From IMG/VR virus record IMGVR_UViG_3300029928_000003: a stretch of 64,000 nucleotides of DNA; one strand, written 5' to 3'. The notes beneath the pieces were generated by a model. It was not told the DNA's origin. It did no database searches and saw only the letters and a list, made by a program, of their open reading frames with translations. Shown here one piece after another: positions 49,633-61,224 of the stretch; positions within the stretch are counted from its first letter, which is position 1, and each line of letters starts with the position of its first letter. Position numbers and translations under genes: made by a program. The stretch is from a virus (lineage: Duplodnaviria > Caudoviricetes).

Positions 49633-50691
49633 TTAATCTAAATCATCAATACTTAGATGATTCGTTTTTTTGTTTTGTTTATAAACGGTAACTGGTTTTT
49701 TATTCATCTCTTTAACTTTTCCAGCTCTTGCGTCTGCAACCCCTTTATTATAAGAGTCCCTACGTACTTGTGTAACTGAATGACGAACGTAATCCGAAAT
49801 ATCGTCCAACATTTGTTCTCCATGTAAAGCAAACCAAGCCATTCTTGTTAAGATAGCTGGATCATTCATTGCTTTACCTAAGATACTTACACCGGCTTCG
49901 TCTTGTCCTACAATAAAGTCATAAAGTTCTTCTTTATCATTATTGTCCATATTAAGATCAAAGCCATTAAACTCATTAAAGTTTATTACCTGATCTCTAA
50001 TTGCATTTGCAAACTGGTTAAACTGCTCTTGCTATTCTTGTTGCTACATATACTGTGCATACTGTGCATTTTCATCTTCTACTTTTTTATATTCATTACG
50101 AATAGCTTCAACCTGTTTTTTAAACAAAGTTTCATTAGATTTAGCCTTATCTAAGGCTTCTTGAATCTCATCATCCGTTATGTTGTTTCTACCCATTCGT
50201 GAAATAAGATCTGTCGCAAAGACATCTTCGTCACTGAACTAATCTATATTATATACTGGTTCTGAATTGGCTTGCAAATTTTGAGCGTAATAATTTGCAC
50301 CCTGATTAGCAACATAATTTAGATATTCTTGAGGCGACATCCTACTATTACGAATAGCTGAAATTAATTGTTGTTCAGACTAATCTAAAGAACTATTATT
50401 TGTTTCAAGATTATGCAGAATAGAAAGCTTTTCATTAGATCCAAGTGAATCCCAATTTACTTCTTCCTCGCTGCCATCGTTATCTTCGTACTTAATCTTT
50501 GAAATATCAGAAATTCCTTTAGATTTTAAAAACTCAGAAATAATCTCTCTATCGCTAAGATTCTAATCTTGCGAATCATCTTGATCCTAAGTATCGTAAT
50601 TAGATACTTCTGATGTATCTTGAGTTGTGGTATCTTCACCCTAATTTTGATCGACTTCATCGAAATCAATATCATTAATTCCTATTTCCAT
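49633..50691 (-). CDS. Acidic putative capsid scaffolding protein, 352 aa; TAG=Gln
   Basis: MEIGINDIDFDEVDQNQGEDTTTQD... Highly acidic with a Gln-rich coiled coil; directly upstream of MCP; in frame with 49633..49950. Confidence 0.75.
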
Positions 50692-50717
50692 AAAATTACA
50701 TTTAATTAAAATACATA

Positions 50718-50725
50718 CAAATATA
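50718..50725 (-). promoter_or_regulatory. Candidate Bacteroidota sigma -7 element (TAnnTTTG)
   Basis: TATATTTG, 26 nt upstream of the scaffold ATG, in an intergenic gap. No clear -33 TTTG. Confidence 0.4.
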
Positions 50726-50782
50726 TAAAAACTATAATTTTATAAAATATAAAATATTCGCTAATTATAAAATTATAGACTA

Positions 50783-52096
50783 TTATTCTTTAATTAATTG
50801 ATCTATTTTGTAGTAACAATTAGAATACGACATATTATAAATATTATAATCAGGCGTATCTACGATATTTCCTATAATACTATCTTTATTACTAAATTTA
50901 TAATTTAATAATTCCTATATGTTAATATTAGTAAAGGAAAATAAAATAATATTATTATTTTCTATTATTTGTCCCGATAAATTATTTATAATTAAGATTC
51001 CATTATTTGAAACTGCGTTAGCTGTCCAATAACCTACATTTCCGAATGATTTTAATGGGGTATTAAGATCCCATTCATTATTATAATATTTACTATTTTT
51101 AGATAATATCTAGCATAGTATTACCTATAAAAATGTTTTCTGCCATATTGGGTTACTCCAATTCTCTTTAGTTCCAGAGTCAAATATAAAGTCATTAGTA
51201 GCTTCTGTAATAATATTGTTGTTATCTACCTTCCACAATATTTTATCATTTAGTAATGTAGAATTAGTCCAATTATCATTAGAAAATGCTATTTTAGATA
51301 GATAAGTAATATTATTAGTTATTTTAATATTATCAACTTCTAATATTGACTCATTTCCGTTCTAATAAAGGTTAAAAGAATTAGATTTAAAAGAGGGGCT
51401 TATTATAGGAACTTCACTAGTTATTTGCTAGTCCGAAATAGTTAATTTATTTGAGTTTCCTATTTTAATTACTAAATTAGTTTGAGAATTTATAAAAGAA
51501 TTAATATCTTCATTATAAATACTTAAATTATCAAACTATATAGAATTATCTACACCCTTACCTTTAATAATTAAAGCCCCAGAAGAAGTATCTGTATTAG
51601 CTATAGTAAATGACGTATTTATTATAGATGGAATTTCAGTAGTGTACTCTTTAGTTGTTCCATCTTGTACTATATATAACTTCTTTTCAGATTCTACATA
51701 AATAATACCATTCTTTAATGATTCATCATCTAACTATGTTAAATCTTTATATATAAATCCTATATTCTATAAAGCTATATACTTCTATTCAGCAGTAGAT
51801 TTCTGCTCTTTCAATAAAGATACATACACATTACTATCTTCATTTGTAAGAGCTATAAGAGAGTCTGATGTTTTTAAATAAATGTCTTTATCTACTATAT
51901 AAAAACCATCAGATGTTCCAATTTTATCTTTAGAATCTACTTGTTTAACTATATTAATTTCAGAATTAATTTTACCTTCTTTTATAAGATCTATAAATTT
52001 AGAACCCCATTGTATTTTAACTTGTCCTTTAGTTTTTATTAAAAAATCAGAATTAGATGAACCTACAGAATCATAGTTTCTTCCAAATAAATTCAT
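50783..52096 (-). CDS. Hypothetical (possibly tail/fibre-associated) protein, about 437 aa; TAG=Gln
   Basis: MNLFGRNYDSVGSSNSDFLIKTKGQVKIQWGSKFIDL read through TAG. The 3' end is set by coordinate frame and is less certain near 50950-50990. Confidence 0.62.
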
Positions 52097-52098
52097 AA

Positions 52099-52548
52099 TT
52101 ATTCTATTGTTAAAGTGATAGATTCTTTAATAGGTAGAATAGACATTAACCGCTTAAAAGTAATTTGTGAGTTAATAACTTTTCCTACTACTTTATTCTA
52201 TCCTACAATTATACAGCCAGAGGTACTATTCTAGTCTGTTCCAGGATGTATGAGAACTCCGTCAAATCCTGGAACGTTTATAAGTCTTGGTATTTTCCCG
52301 TTATAAGGCTTCGCCCAAGTTCTATCTTTAAATTTAGGGCTTACAATATTCATATTTACAGAATATGTCCCAGTTGGAATTGCAGTCTCATTCTTTACTT
52401 TAATTGAAGTAATTTCTTCTAAAGGCATTGTCTATTTAAGGCCTCTGTCTTTATCTTCTATTGTATCTGCGAAATATTTTCCGTCTATATATAATTTACC
52501 AATCGTATATAAATTCTTTTTTGCTATACGTTTTAATAAAAGTTTCAT
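52099..52548 (-). CDS. DUF5675-family (L,D-transpeptidase-like His/Cys) protein, possible cell-wall enzyme, 149 aa; TAG=Gln
   Basis: MKLLLKR...YTIGKLYIDG...DTIED...TAIPTGTY...VPGFDGVLIHPGTDQNSTSGCIIVG; the H...GC motif is completed only by TAG read-through. Confidence 0.85.
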
Positions 52549-52580
52549 AAATTTTAAATTTTTTAAACTATAGTAATAAT

Positions 52581-52623
52581 ATAAAAATAATGCACATTAC
52601 CAAAATATATTGATAATGTGCAT
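52581..52623 (-). terminator. Hairpin, probable terminator closing the five-gene cassette
   Basis: ATGCACATTA.CAA/TTG.TAATGTGCAT inverted repeat followed by TATTTTT on the minus strand. Confidence 0.5.
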
Positions 52624-52631
52624 ATAAAATT

Positions 52632-53006
52632 TTAAATCATTTCTTTCCAATCTATAGGAATTCCCTACTTTGCCATATCAGCATACCATCTATTAAATAT
52701 TAAATGCTACTCTGAATTGAGTATATCTCTTATAAATAAAATTAAGTGCTATTCATCAGTAATACTGGAACTATAAAACACGGATTTACACCAATTCGCG
52801 ATATAAACAATATCATATAATTTACTATCCGGCATTTCTATCTAAAAACTTTTAATTAAGTTGTCTATTTTTTCTTTAGTATAATCCTCAGACTTTAACT
52901 ATTTACATGCAAATTGACAGAGCTTTCTATTAAAGTGTTCTCCATAATATCTAAGATAGTTTAAGAAACCTTCTGGCTTTATATCATAATTAGTAAAATC
53001 TTCCAT
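52632..53006 (-). CDS. Conserved hypothetical protein of Bacteroidota phages, 124 aa, missing from the ORF track; TAG=Gln
   Basis: MEDFTNYDIKPEGFLNYLRYYGEHFNRKLCQFAC...YDIVYIANWCKS...FNRWYADMAKQGIPIDWKEMI, ending in TAA. Confidence 0.78.
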
Positions 53007-53014
53007 AACAGTAT

Positions 53015-53050
53015 AAAACAAAATAGGTGGCAGAATATTTCCACCACCTA
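53015..53050 (-). terminator. Probable rho-independent terminator/attenuator
   Basis: TAGGTGG/CCACCTA stem followed by TTTTGTTTT on the minus strand. Confidence 0.5.
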
Positions 53051-53058
53051 CCTATTAA

Positions 53059-53223
53059 TTAATAATCATATCTAGTTCTACGAGATTTTTTAGAATCCTC
53101 CTCGTAGATATCTGAATGCTCAGAAAGCATTTTTATAAGCTTACAAGCTAACATTTTAATTCTGTTAAGATGCTCAATAGTGTCATCATAAGAATCTTCC
53201 GTTATTTCAATATATCCTCTCAT
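53059..53223 (-). CDS. Small hypothetical protein, 54 aa
   Basis: MRGYIEITEDSYDDTIEHLNRIKMLACKLIKMLSEHSDIYEEDSKKSRRTRYDY, ending in TAA; fills the gap exactly. Confidence 0.65.
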   Translation of the reverse strand: MRGYIEITEDSYDDTIEHLNRIKMLACKLIKMLSEHSDIYEEDSKKSRRTRYDY

Positions 53224-53225
53224 AA

Positions 53226-53699
53226 TTACTTTGATTCTTTAGCTAAGATAGTTAGTATCTAATCCATTTTAGATTCAATACCAATCATTTTATCTTTGAG
53301 ATTATTTATATCTTCATCTCTTTCTTTCTCTTTGGCATATTGAGGATTTAATTCTTTTAAAATAGATTCATACGCTTTAGCAGCATTTGTGTGATACGAT
53401 GCACTATCAACAATACTTCTACTTCTCTATAATTCATTATTAATCTCATTAGACATAAGTTCTTTAGATTCAGAAATAATTACATTATTATATGTAGCTA
53501 TTCCTTGATTTCCTGGCAAGTTCTTAAAATCCATATTTGAATCATTAACTTGTGTACTTATATCTATTGACTAATTCATTAAAAAATTGCTATTATAAGT
53601 AGGTTGTGTGACATTAATCACCGTACCTATTTTTAATTTAGCATTTTCTCCTTTTTCTACAATGTATACAATACTTCCCTATCTTAAAGCTGAAAACAT
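53226..53699 (-). CDS. Conserved hypothetical protein with a C-terminal coiled coil, 157 aa; TAG=Gln
   Basis: MFSALRQGSIVYIVEKG...LKELNPQYAKEKERDEDIKNLKDKM...TAA. Confidence 0.75.
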
Positions 53700-53703
53700 A
53701 ATA

Positions 53704-54042
53704 TTAAATATTTATTAAATTTAAAGTATCAGTTTGACGTTCATACCAAACCAAATAAACACCTGTACCTTTAATAGAAGCTACAGTAATGGGTTCTCCA
53801 TTAACTCCAAGTAAAGGCTAAGCATTAGTGCCACCACTAGTAAATACTATTGGTAAAGTTTCAGTAGTTCCAGTTGGAATCTGCTATGCAAGATTTACTA
53901 CAATTAAACCTCTAAAAGGTCTACCAACATTTCTATGATTATTAAAATCAAAAGCAACTTGTGTAGTTGAAACATTTACTGATAGAGATTTAATTGCAGG
54001 AATTCCATTTACGTTTACATTAATATAAGCAGGTAATAACAT
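53704..54042 (-). CDS. Small beta-rich hypothetical protein, 112 aa; TAG=Gln
   Basis: MLLPAYINVNVNGIPAIKSLSVNVSTTQVAFDF...GTGVYLVWYERQTDTLNLINI, preceded by AGGAGG. Confidence 0.75.
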
Positions 54043-54057
54043 TTAGAACCTCCTTTC

Positions 54058-55026
54058 TTAACCCCACAATGTATTTACACCGCAAGTATTTAAATTAGAT
54101 AATCCATACCCATATAATAAGTTAGTAGGTACAGCCGTAGCACAACTATAAGGAAGAGTTACAGTTTCTGGTAATTTACATTTAACACTGTTTACATCAC
54201 CTTGTAATGTAGCTAATGCGTTAACTAATGGGGTAGTAGCATTCTGTATCATTTGATTAAATACAGCAGTCTATTGCCCATTGTTAATAATTACATCCTT
54301 CTAAGAACTAGCTTCTCTTAAAGCATCAATCTTGTTTTGCATTTCTCTCATTTCGGCATCACGTTGCCCTGCTAATATAGATTCTGTAGCGGATCTTATA
54401 CTATCACGAATATCACAAGTTTGTTTTTGTGTCTCATAGGCTACAGAAGAGAAACCACGTTCTTGCCCAGTTGCTACGGTATTGATAGCATTTTGTAAAG
54501 TGTTAGTTTGTTGACAAGTTGCTAATCTATTTTCACAACAACAATCTGCAATCTTACTTGCAATCTAACAATTACCAGATTGAATTGAATTTATTATCTG
54601 AGGAACAGATAAGCCAACTTGATTACCTACATTTGATAATTGTGTCATAAGTCCTGTAAGTGCACTTTGAACGCTATCAATAGAACAATTAAGATTTGAA
54701 GACAACTAATTGATGGCAGTACCATTCCCTTGAATTGCTTGCATTAAAAGTTCACGGCCAGAATCATTATTAATTAAATTACCAAGTTCTGCTCCAATTG
54801 GGCTTCCATTGCGATTTCCAAAACCATTCCAACCATTTCCTCCCCAACCCATTAAGAAGAATAAGAAGATAACCCACATAAACCATCCGCCTTCATTACC
54901 GAAGCCATTATTACGCTAAGCTAATAATATATTAGGATCAATACCCTTTTGAGAAAGCATAGGACCTAATAAAGACATTAGATTACTGTTTTGTTCTGGA
55001 AACATAAATACTTTACTGTCCGACAT
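54058..55026 (-). CDS. Conserved phage protein with a TM helix, a Gly-rich linker and a Gln/Cys-rich coiled coil (CCCEN), 322 aa; TAG=Gln
   Basis: MSDSKVFMFPEQ...GGWFMWVIFLFFLMGWGGNGWNGFG...IASKIADCCCENRLATCQQTNTLQ... In frame with 54058..54252. Confidence 0.82.
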
Positions 55027-55088
55027 AAATTAAATTATTAAAGTTTTTAAATAAATAAGATCTAAATTCTACAAGTACTTGTTTGTAC

Positions 55089-55096
55089 CAAATGTA
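55089..55096 (-). promoter_or_regulatory. Candidate Bacteroidota sigma -7 element (TAnnTTTG) for the five-gene cassette
   Basis: TACATTTG in the 200-nt intergenic gap, downstream of a terminator and about 60 nt upstream of ATG 55026. Confidence 0.45.
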
Positions 55097-55164
55097 TTAA
55101 AAACAATTAACAATATAATTTATTTTGATAGAAGATAATTCTACAAATTGTTGAATATATTTAT

Positions 55165-55204
55165 AAAAAAAAATAACCCAGACCAAAAATATAGCCTGGG
55201 TTAT
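55165..55204 (-). terminator. Rho-independent terminator ending the fibre gene block
   Basis: ATAACCCAG/CTGGGTTAT stem followed by a T9 run on the minus strand. Confidence 0.75.
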
Positions 55205-55228
55205 AATTAATAATTAAAATATAGTAGA

Positions 55229-56818
55229 TTAGAGAATGTGCCAATCAATACCACCATCTACAACGAGATTTCCCTCTGCGTCAAGTCCTACATTACGAAC
55301 ATCATCAGATTTAAGTGCGGCAGTGCTCTTAACAGCTGCTTCAAATACAGGATCAGTGGCTGTGCCAGTGTTTTTAACACCATTCTTAGCTGTAACAGAT
55401 ACAACATCACCAACATGATTTACACCGGCAGGAAGAGCAGTACGAGTAACATTTACTTTATAATTTCCAGTAGTAGTATCAAATGAAGCACCAACACCAG
55501 ATACATAAGTATTTGCAGTTGCTTTATCGTCCGAAGCAATAGTAGGAAGTGCCTTAGTTTCACCAGTAAGCTTACCATCAGTAAGACTTACACTTGCTAC
55601 ATACTTATTAGCTTCAGCAGCAATCGTGCCACTTACTGCACTTTTAGCAGTTGCAATAGCATCGTCAATACCTTTGGTCTGAAGATTTCCATCAGTACCA
55701 ACAGTTAAGTACTTATCAGTAGTAAGATACTTAAGACTTACTGCATTATCTACTATATTAATAGCAGTACCACCAGTATAAACATCAACAAGACCATTTA
55801 CAGGAATGTAAATAGGAGTTTCCTCTGCATTGGAAATAATGAGTTTAATGTACTTTTCACCTGCCTTAAGAGATGCATCAGCTTTTACATCATCTGCAGT
55901 AGCAGTAATAACACTACCAGACTTAACTACTAAGTCCTTAGGAATGTCAATAGCTACACCAACTTGCTTACCATTTTGCTTTACAACATAACGTTTAGCA
56001 ACGCCAGTAGCTTCAGCATCAGTTTCTACAGTAACTACCGAAGAATCAACAGCTTCTTTCTTAGCTGTATTCATTGCAGTAATAGTAGCATACTTATTAG
56101 TAAATGCAGTATCATCAGCTAAACCAGCTTTATCAAGATCAATAGTAACAGCACCTGTAGCACTATTTACACTAAGATGACTTCCATCAGCAACGGCTGC
56201 ACTAGTTACTCCTGCATTAGCTGCAGCAGCAATAGCATCAGCAACTGTACTTTTAGCACTATAGCTACCACCGAGTTTATCATCAATTTCCTACTTAGCT
56301 GTACTAATTTTGTTTTCCGTTTCTTCAAACTTACTAGCTAATCCAGAAACCTGACCAGTAGTAATTTCACCTACAGCAAGACTACCATCAGTATCTACAA
56401 TAGTAGTACCATCAATAGCTAACTTAACTTTAGCAGCACCAGTAGTTGTAGGAACAGTTAATGCGGTAGTAGTGCCTTCAGCAGTACCAATAGAGGTTAC
56501 ACCAGCTTTAGCTGTAGCGGCATTAACCTTTTCAGTTAAATCGTCAACAGCCTTCTTTACTGTATTAGTACTATCAAAACCAGTACCAATTTTACCATCA
56601 ACTCCAGCAATTGCGCTTGTATGATCAGTAATATTAGATTCAGCTGTACTTAATCTGCCGTCAAGACCGTCAATTATACTGTCATAATCAGAAATAGGAT
56701 TACCTTCATCATTATAAAGTTTGTAAACCTTTCCGTCTTTGTCAGTTGTAAAAAACAAACCACCTACTGCTTTAGCTTTTTTAGCGGCTTCGCCTTTGTA
56801 AAATATAACTTTTGCCAT
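55229..56818 (-). CDS. Fibre-like virion protein (Ala/Thr/Val/Gly-rich), 529 aa; TAG=Gln
   Basis: ORF-track pieces 56291..56818 and 55229..56074 are one frame separated by TAG. Composition and short beta repeats are typical of fibres. Confidence 0.78.
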
Positions 56819-56861
56819 ATTAAAAATTTAATAGATTGAAAATATATAATTTGTAAGGAAA

Positions 56862-57146
56862 TTATCCCTTACTAAAATGAAACATAATTAACCAAAGAAT
56901 TGCAAATATAATACCTACTGCATCTGCAATAATATCATACCAATCCCATCTATTATTCTAGTTTACTTCATCACTCCATTCTTTAGTAACTGCAGCAACT
57001 AATCCGCAATAAATTGCAGCAATTGTAGCAATTAAAAAATTAGAAGATAAAAGTAAAAGCAATGTACCTATACAGGCACTAATTAAAAAACAAACTCCTA
57101 CGTGTTTAAGTTTGTCTATACCAAATAAATTAATCAACCAATTCAT
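56862..57146 (-). CDS. Small three-TM membrane protein (DKxxH...KE..D...D..AD..G; YfiM/VanZ-like), 94 aa; TAG=Gln
   Basis: Read-through adds QNNRWDWYDIIADAVGIIFAILWLIMFHFSKG, completing the family motif and the third helix. Confidence 0.72.
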
Positions 57147-57155
57147 AGTATTTTA

Positions 57156-59840
57156 TTATTTTATGAATTTATTATAACATAACTCAAAGCATTGTATTAT
57201 AGAATCATGAGAGACTATACTTCCAGACCAAGTTGAACCACAAACAGTATATGCATATTGCGTAGCCCCGTTTTTAGTATATTTAAATACCACTAAAGAA
57301 CTAGGTAATATATAATAATTAGGATTTGTAAATTCAGCATAAGCAGTACAATCAAAATTAAATATTAATGCATACTATAGTGGTATTGTATTAGAAGACC
57401 TATTGTCTTTAGTAGTTTTAAATATAGCATTAATATTACAAAACTACTCATTTTCAGTAGAACTCATTCCGTTTCCATTTAATTTCATACGAACTGAAAA
57501 TTCTGATGGATTGTAACTAGTTATACTATTTGATATAGAATCCATCTTAGCTTGTACATTTGTATCTGTTATATTTCCCCAATCACAAATTGGTTTGCCG
57601 TTCCATAATACAAATATATCTGAACCACCTAATTTTGATAAATTATAAGTAGTAATCTTATTTACTGGTTTCTTCTAAGTATAACCAATATAATGATTAG
57701 TATTTGAAACTCTTTCAAGTACTTCCCATAATTCACTACTATCATTCTAAATTATATAAAGACCGTCTTTTGTTGCTTCTGATTCAGAAGATATTGTTTG
57801 AGGATTAAAATTATTTAATTCGTCTCCTATATAACAATATTGGCTCTAATCTTTAAAATAATTATTATTAGTATTGGCACCAGAATTGGTCAATAATGAA
57901 AGCTATCTTATTTCCGCATCAAAATATGGTTTCTCATAATTACGTACATAATAAGATCCTAAATCCCAGCTATTTTGAACTTTATCTATTCTTACTTCTT
58001 TATTATTGGCTAAGTACATCCAATCATAACATAAATCTTGTTCTGATTTTATATTAATCTTATAGCAATCTATAATATTAATCATTTTATTGGTTGCACT
58101 ATAAGGAGCTACATTATTAATACAATTTTTAGCAGTAGTTCCATTAGGTAATACTGGAGATACGTCGTTAAAAGATCCTGCTATATCAAGGTTACTATAT
58201 CCTACACCCTTCATGTGTACTACTCTATATAATGCACAATCTGCAGTAAGTACTCTAAAGTCAGAATTAATTTTTCTTCTACCAGTATCATCAATTACTG
58301 TTAATATAGTAGAATCTGTTTCATTAACTAATGTATTAGCGATAGCAGTTGGATTCCATCCAACACTATTTGTCTGTAAAAATAGAGTGTTGTTATTATA
58401 GAAACTATTAACTCTAGAACTTACTGTAGTACTTCCTATTGTTGCGGGGGCAAGCCATACATATACTGGATAAGTAGCTATCACAGTTCCTAATGTTACT
58501 ATATTAGACATCCACGTAGTATAACCACCAGTAAGATAATCTGAACTAGCATAATACCCATATTTGAAACCCATTATAGTATTTACTGTTATTCTTGCGC
58601 TATTACCTCCAAGATGCTTAAACGCATAACCATTAAACCAACCATAAGTAGTTGCTTGATCCGCTTTCTAAATAGTGTTAGTATAATCACGACCTTTACC
58701 AATTCTATTTATATAAATATCAGTATGACGTTCTGAATTACACTATACAGCAATATCAGCATCTTTATTTGCAACAATTGCTCCATCACATTTAAAAGTT
58801 AATTCTGACATATCTATATCAATAACAGGGCTTGCGTTGGGGCCTCCCCAAAGAGAACCTTTAAGAAGAATTTGCATTCCGTAATGCCCGTCATTAATAT
58901 AATTAGCTTCATCAGAATCAGCATTAATATTAGATACTGTTTCTTTTAAGATTACAGAGCTTGCTACATAATAACGTTCCGCAGTCATTAATATAGTAGA
59001 CCTACCTGCGGCTTTAAAGCAGGCGTTAATTGCAGCAGAATCGTCAGTAGAACCGTCTCCTTTAGCACCCCACCATTCAGGATAAATAAATGGTGTATTA
59101 AATTTACCAGTAATTACAGTATCTGATGTAAAAATCTATTGTCTTGGATCTGCGATAATATGTGTATTATTTAAAATTAATTTAACATTAGATTTTAAAA
59201 TACCTTTAGGCCCGAATACTAATTTAGTATTATCAGAAAACTAAATTACAGTAGTATCTCCTGGCTCTATAGTTTCGTTAATAATTACGTAATTGTAGGT
59301 ATTATTAGGAATAACAATTTTATCAGATAAAATACTTGCAGTAATTTGTAAAGCATTAGGATATAAATCATTTAATTCTAATTTACTCTTTAGCTTATTA
59401 GTAATTACTTTATTCTATACTGCGTTTTCAGAACTTTCTGAAAGAGCAGCGTCTATTTCTGTAGGTGTTTTAATAATTTCTATAGATCCACTAACACTGC
59501 CATTATCTGTTAATATTATTGTGTATTTTGAAAAAGAATCTTCTCCAACAAATTTAATATTAGCGGCATTAGTATCATTTAATATTTTATAACAAAAAAT
59601 ATAAGTATCTGCAACCAGTCTAATAATATCTGCTTTACTGTACTTATTACATTCTGCTTCTGTAATTTCTACTAAACCTTCTTGATAACTTAAATCTTCA
59701 ACATTTAATCCTGGGTTATAATTAACCCCATTTAGCATTAAAGGATATCTTCCATTGCTATCCTATGAAGTAGAAAAGAATATTGAATTATCATCTTTTA
59801 CGTACTTTGTATTATCACCTTTTATAAAATTTACTTTCAT
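57156..59840 (-). CDS. Tailspike/receptor-binding protein with a probable beta-helix (pectate-lyase-3-like) depolymerase domain, about 894 aa; TAG=Gln
   Basis: Contains YPEWWGAKGDGSTDDSAAINAC. Fragments 59738, 58988 and 58574 are in frame. Confidence 0.8.
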
Positions 59841-61117
59841 ACGAATAAAGTTATTGCATTTTTATAAGAATCATTTGAACCGGACTTAGTTTCTGCTGCT
59901 ATTGCGTATTTATATGCGATAGTTGTAGACTCCCCAGCTATGCTATTACTAGTATATTTCATAAGACATAGTGTAAATTGTCTATTCTAGTATGCTACTG
60001 AAATGGCCATAGCATCAGAATCTTTAATTGGAACAGGCATATAAAAAGTAAACGCTATAAGCTTATTTATATCTACATCTATTTTAGATGGTTGAGTTTC
60101 ATTTTTAGTGGTTACAAATACATTCTTAGTAGTAATCTTCTAAATATCAGAATCTCTTGTAATAGTAAATGAGAAAGCTTTATCATTAGTTAAGTCTTCT
60201 GCATAACTAAATAAGGATTCTGCTAATCTTGTGGAGTAATCCCCAGAAGCTGTTAAAGTTGTTTTATCTATATCTATAGCATTTTGGAATATATTAAGAT
60301 TCTTAACAGATGGAATATCTGTTTTTAATGCTAATGTAGTAGATCTAATATCCCCAGTACCAGAAGTTCTTGGTAATAAATATTTGTAAGTTACTGAACC
60401 ACTATCTTCTGTAATATGCTTAGATAATAAGTAGCACTCGTTTCCTTTTGTCTCAAATGAAATCATACTATTAGTCCCAGTATTTCTAATATAAAAATCA
60501 GTTGGATTTACGCAAACACTTTTGGCAACACTCAAGTCTGTGTAAATTACAGCTTCTTTGTTATCTTTATAAGTAAGACATAATGGGGAAACTGCTGCCG
60601 TCTAATCGCTAGTGAGAAATTCATCATTAGATAAATCCTAATTAGCGATTAAAAAACATCCAGTAGGGGTATCATTAATATTACTATTTATCTATACTTT
60701 ATTAGTTACTAATTTATTAATAGATTCAGTAGCTAAATCTCCAGAAGATTTCTGAACAGTAACAGAAGTCGGAGTGATTTTAGCAATTTTCCCATCTTTA
60801 TTAATTACTGTTATGGATTCTGCAGAAATAAATAAGACTTTGCATTTCTCATCATTAATAATAATAGAATCCTCCCATAAAATCTAAGAAAGATCTAAAT
60901 TAGTAATTGATTGAGAATCAAAACTGTTCCAATTAATTTCTTCTGCTATTGTATAATCTACAGGAGAATATGCAGGAAACTTAATCTTATGTGTGTATAT
61001 AAAAGGTTTTTTATCTTTTACATATACAATTGATTGATCTAAAATTTGATCATTTTTAATAGCGTCATCAAACGACTATTTCTTTTTAAAAAAAAGAAGT
61101 TTTTTATTTATAGCCAT
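59837..61117 (-). CDS. Putative tail fibre/adaptor protein, about 426 aa; TAG=Gln
   Basis: MAINKKLLFFKKKQSFDDAIKNDQILDQSIVYVKDK...IYTH, an N-terminal module shared with neighbouring fibre genes. TGA overlaps the next ATG. Confidence 0.7.
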
Positions 61118-61170
61118 TTTAAAAATATTAACTTATTTTAAATAAAACTATTTAGTTTCGCTAATTATTA

Positions 61171-61219
61171 AAATAATTAATAAGGGAGTTGGAAATATTA
61201 AGAATCTTCAACTCCCTTA
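61171..61219 (-). terminator. Rho-independent terminator
   Basis: TAAGGGAGTTG/CAACTCCCTTA stem with a U-rich tail. Confidence 0.65.
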
Positions 61220-61224
61220 AAATA

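Noticed and set aside
50941-51000. Possible early stop or frameshift near the 3' end of the 437-aa gene
   Set aside because: My hand reading of this AT-rich line was ambiguous by one base. The coordinate frame is consistent with the stop at 50783, so no frameshift is claimed.
266-58401. All plus-strand ORFs in the track (e.g. 14790..15167, 26547..26816, 41263..41835)
   Set aside because: They are antisense shadows of long minus-strand genes, with no recognisable motifs.
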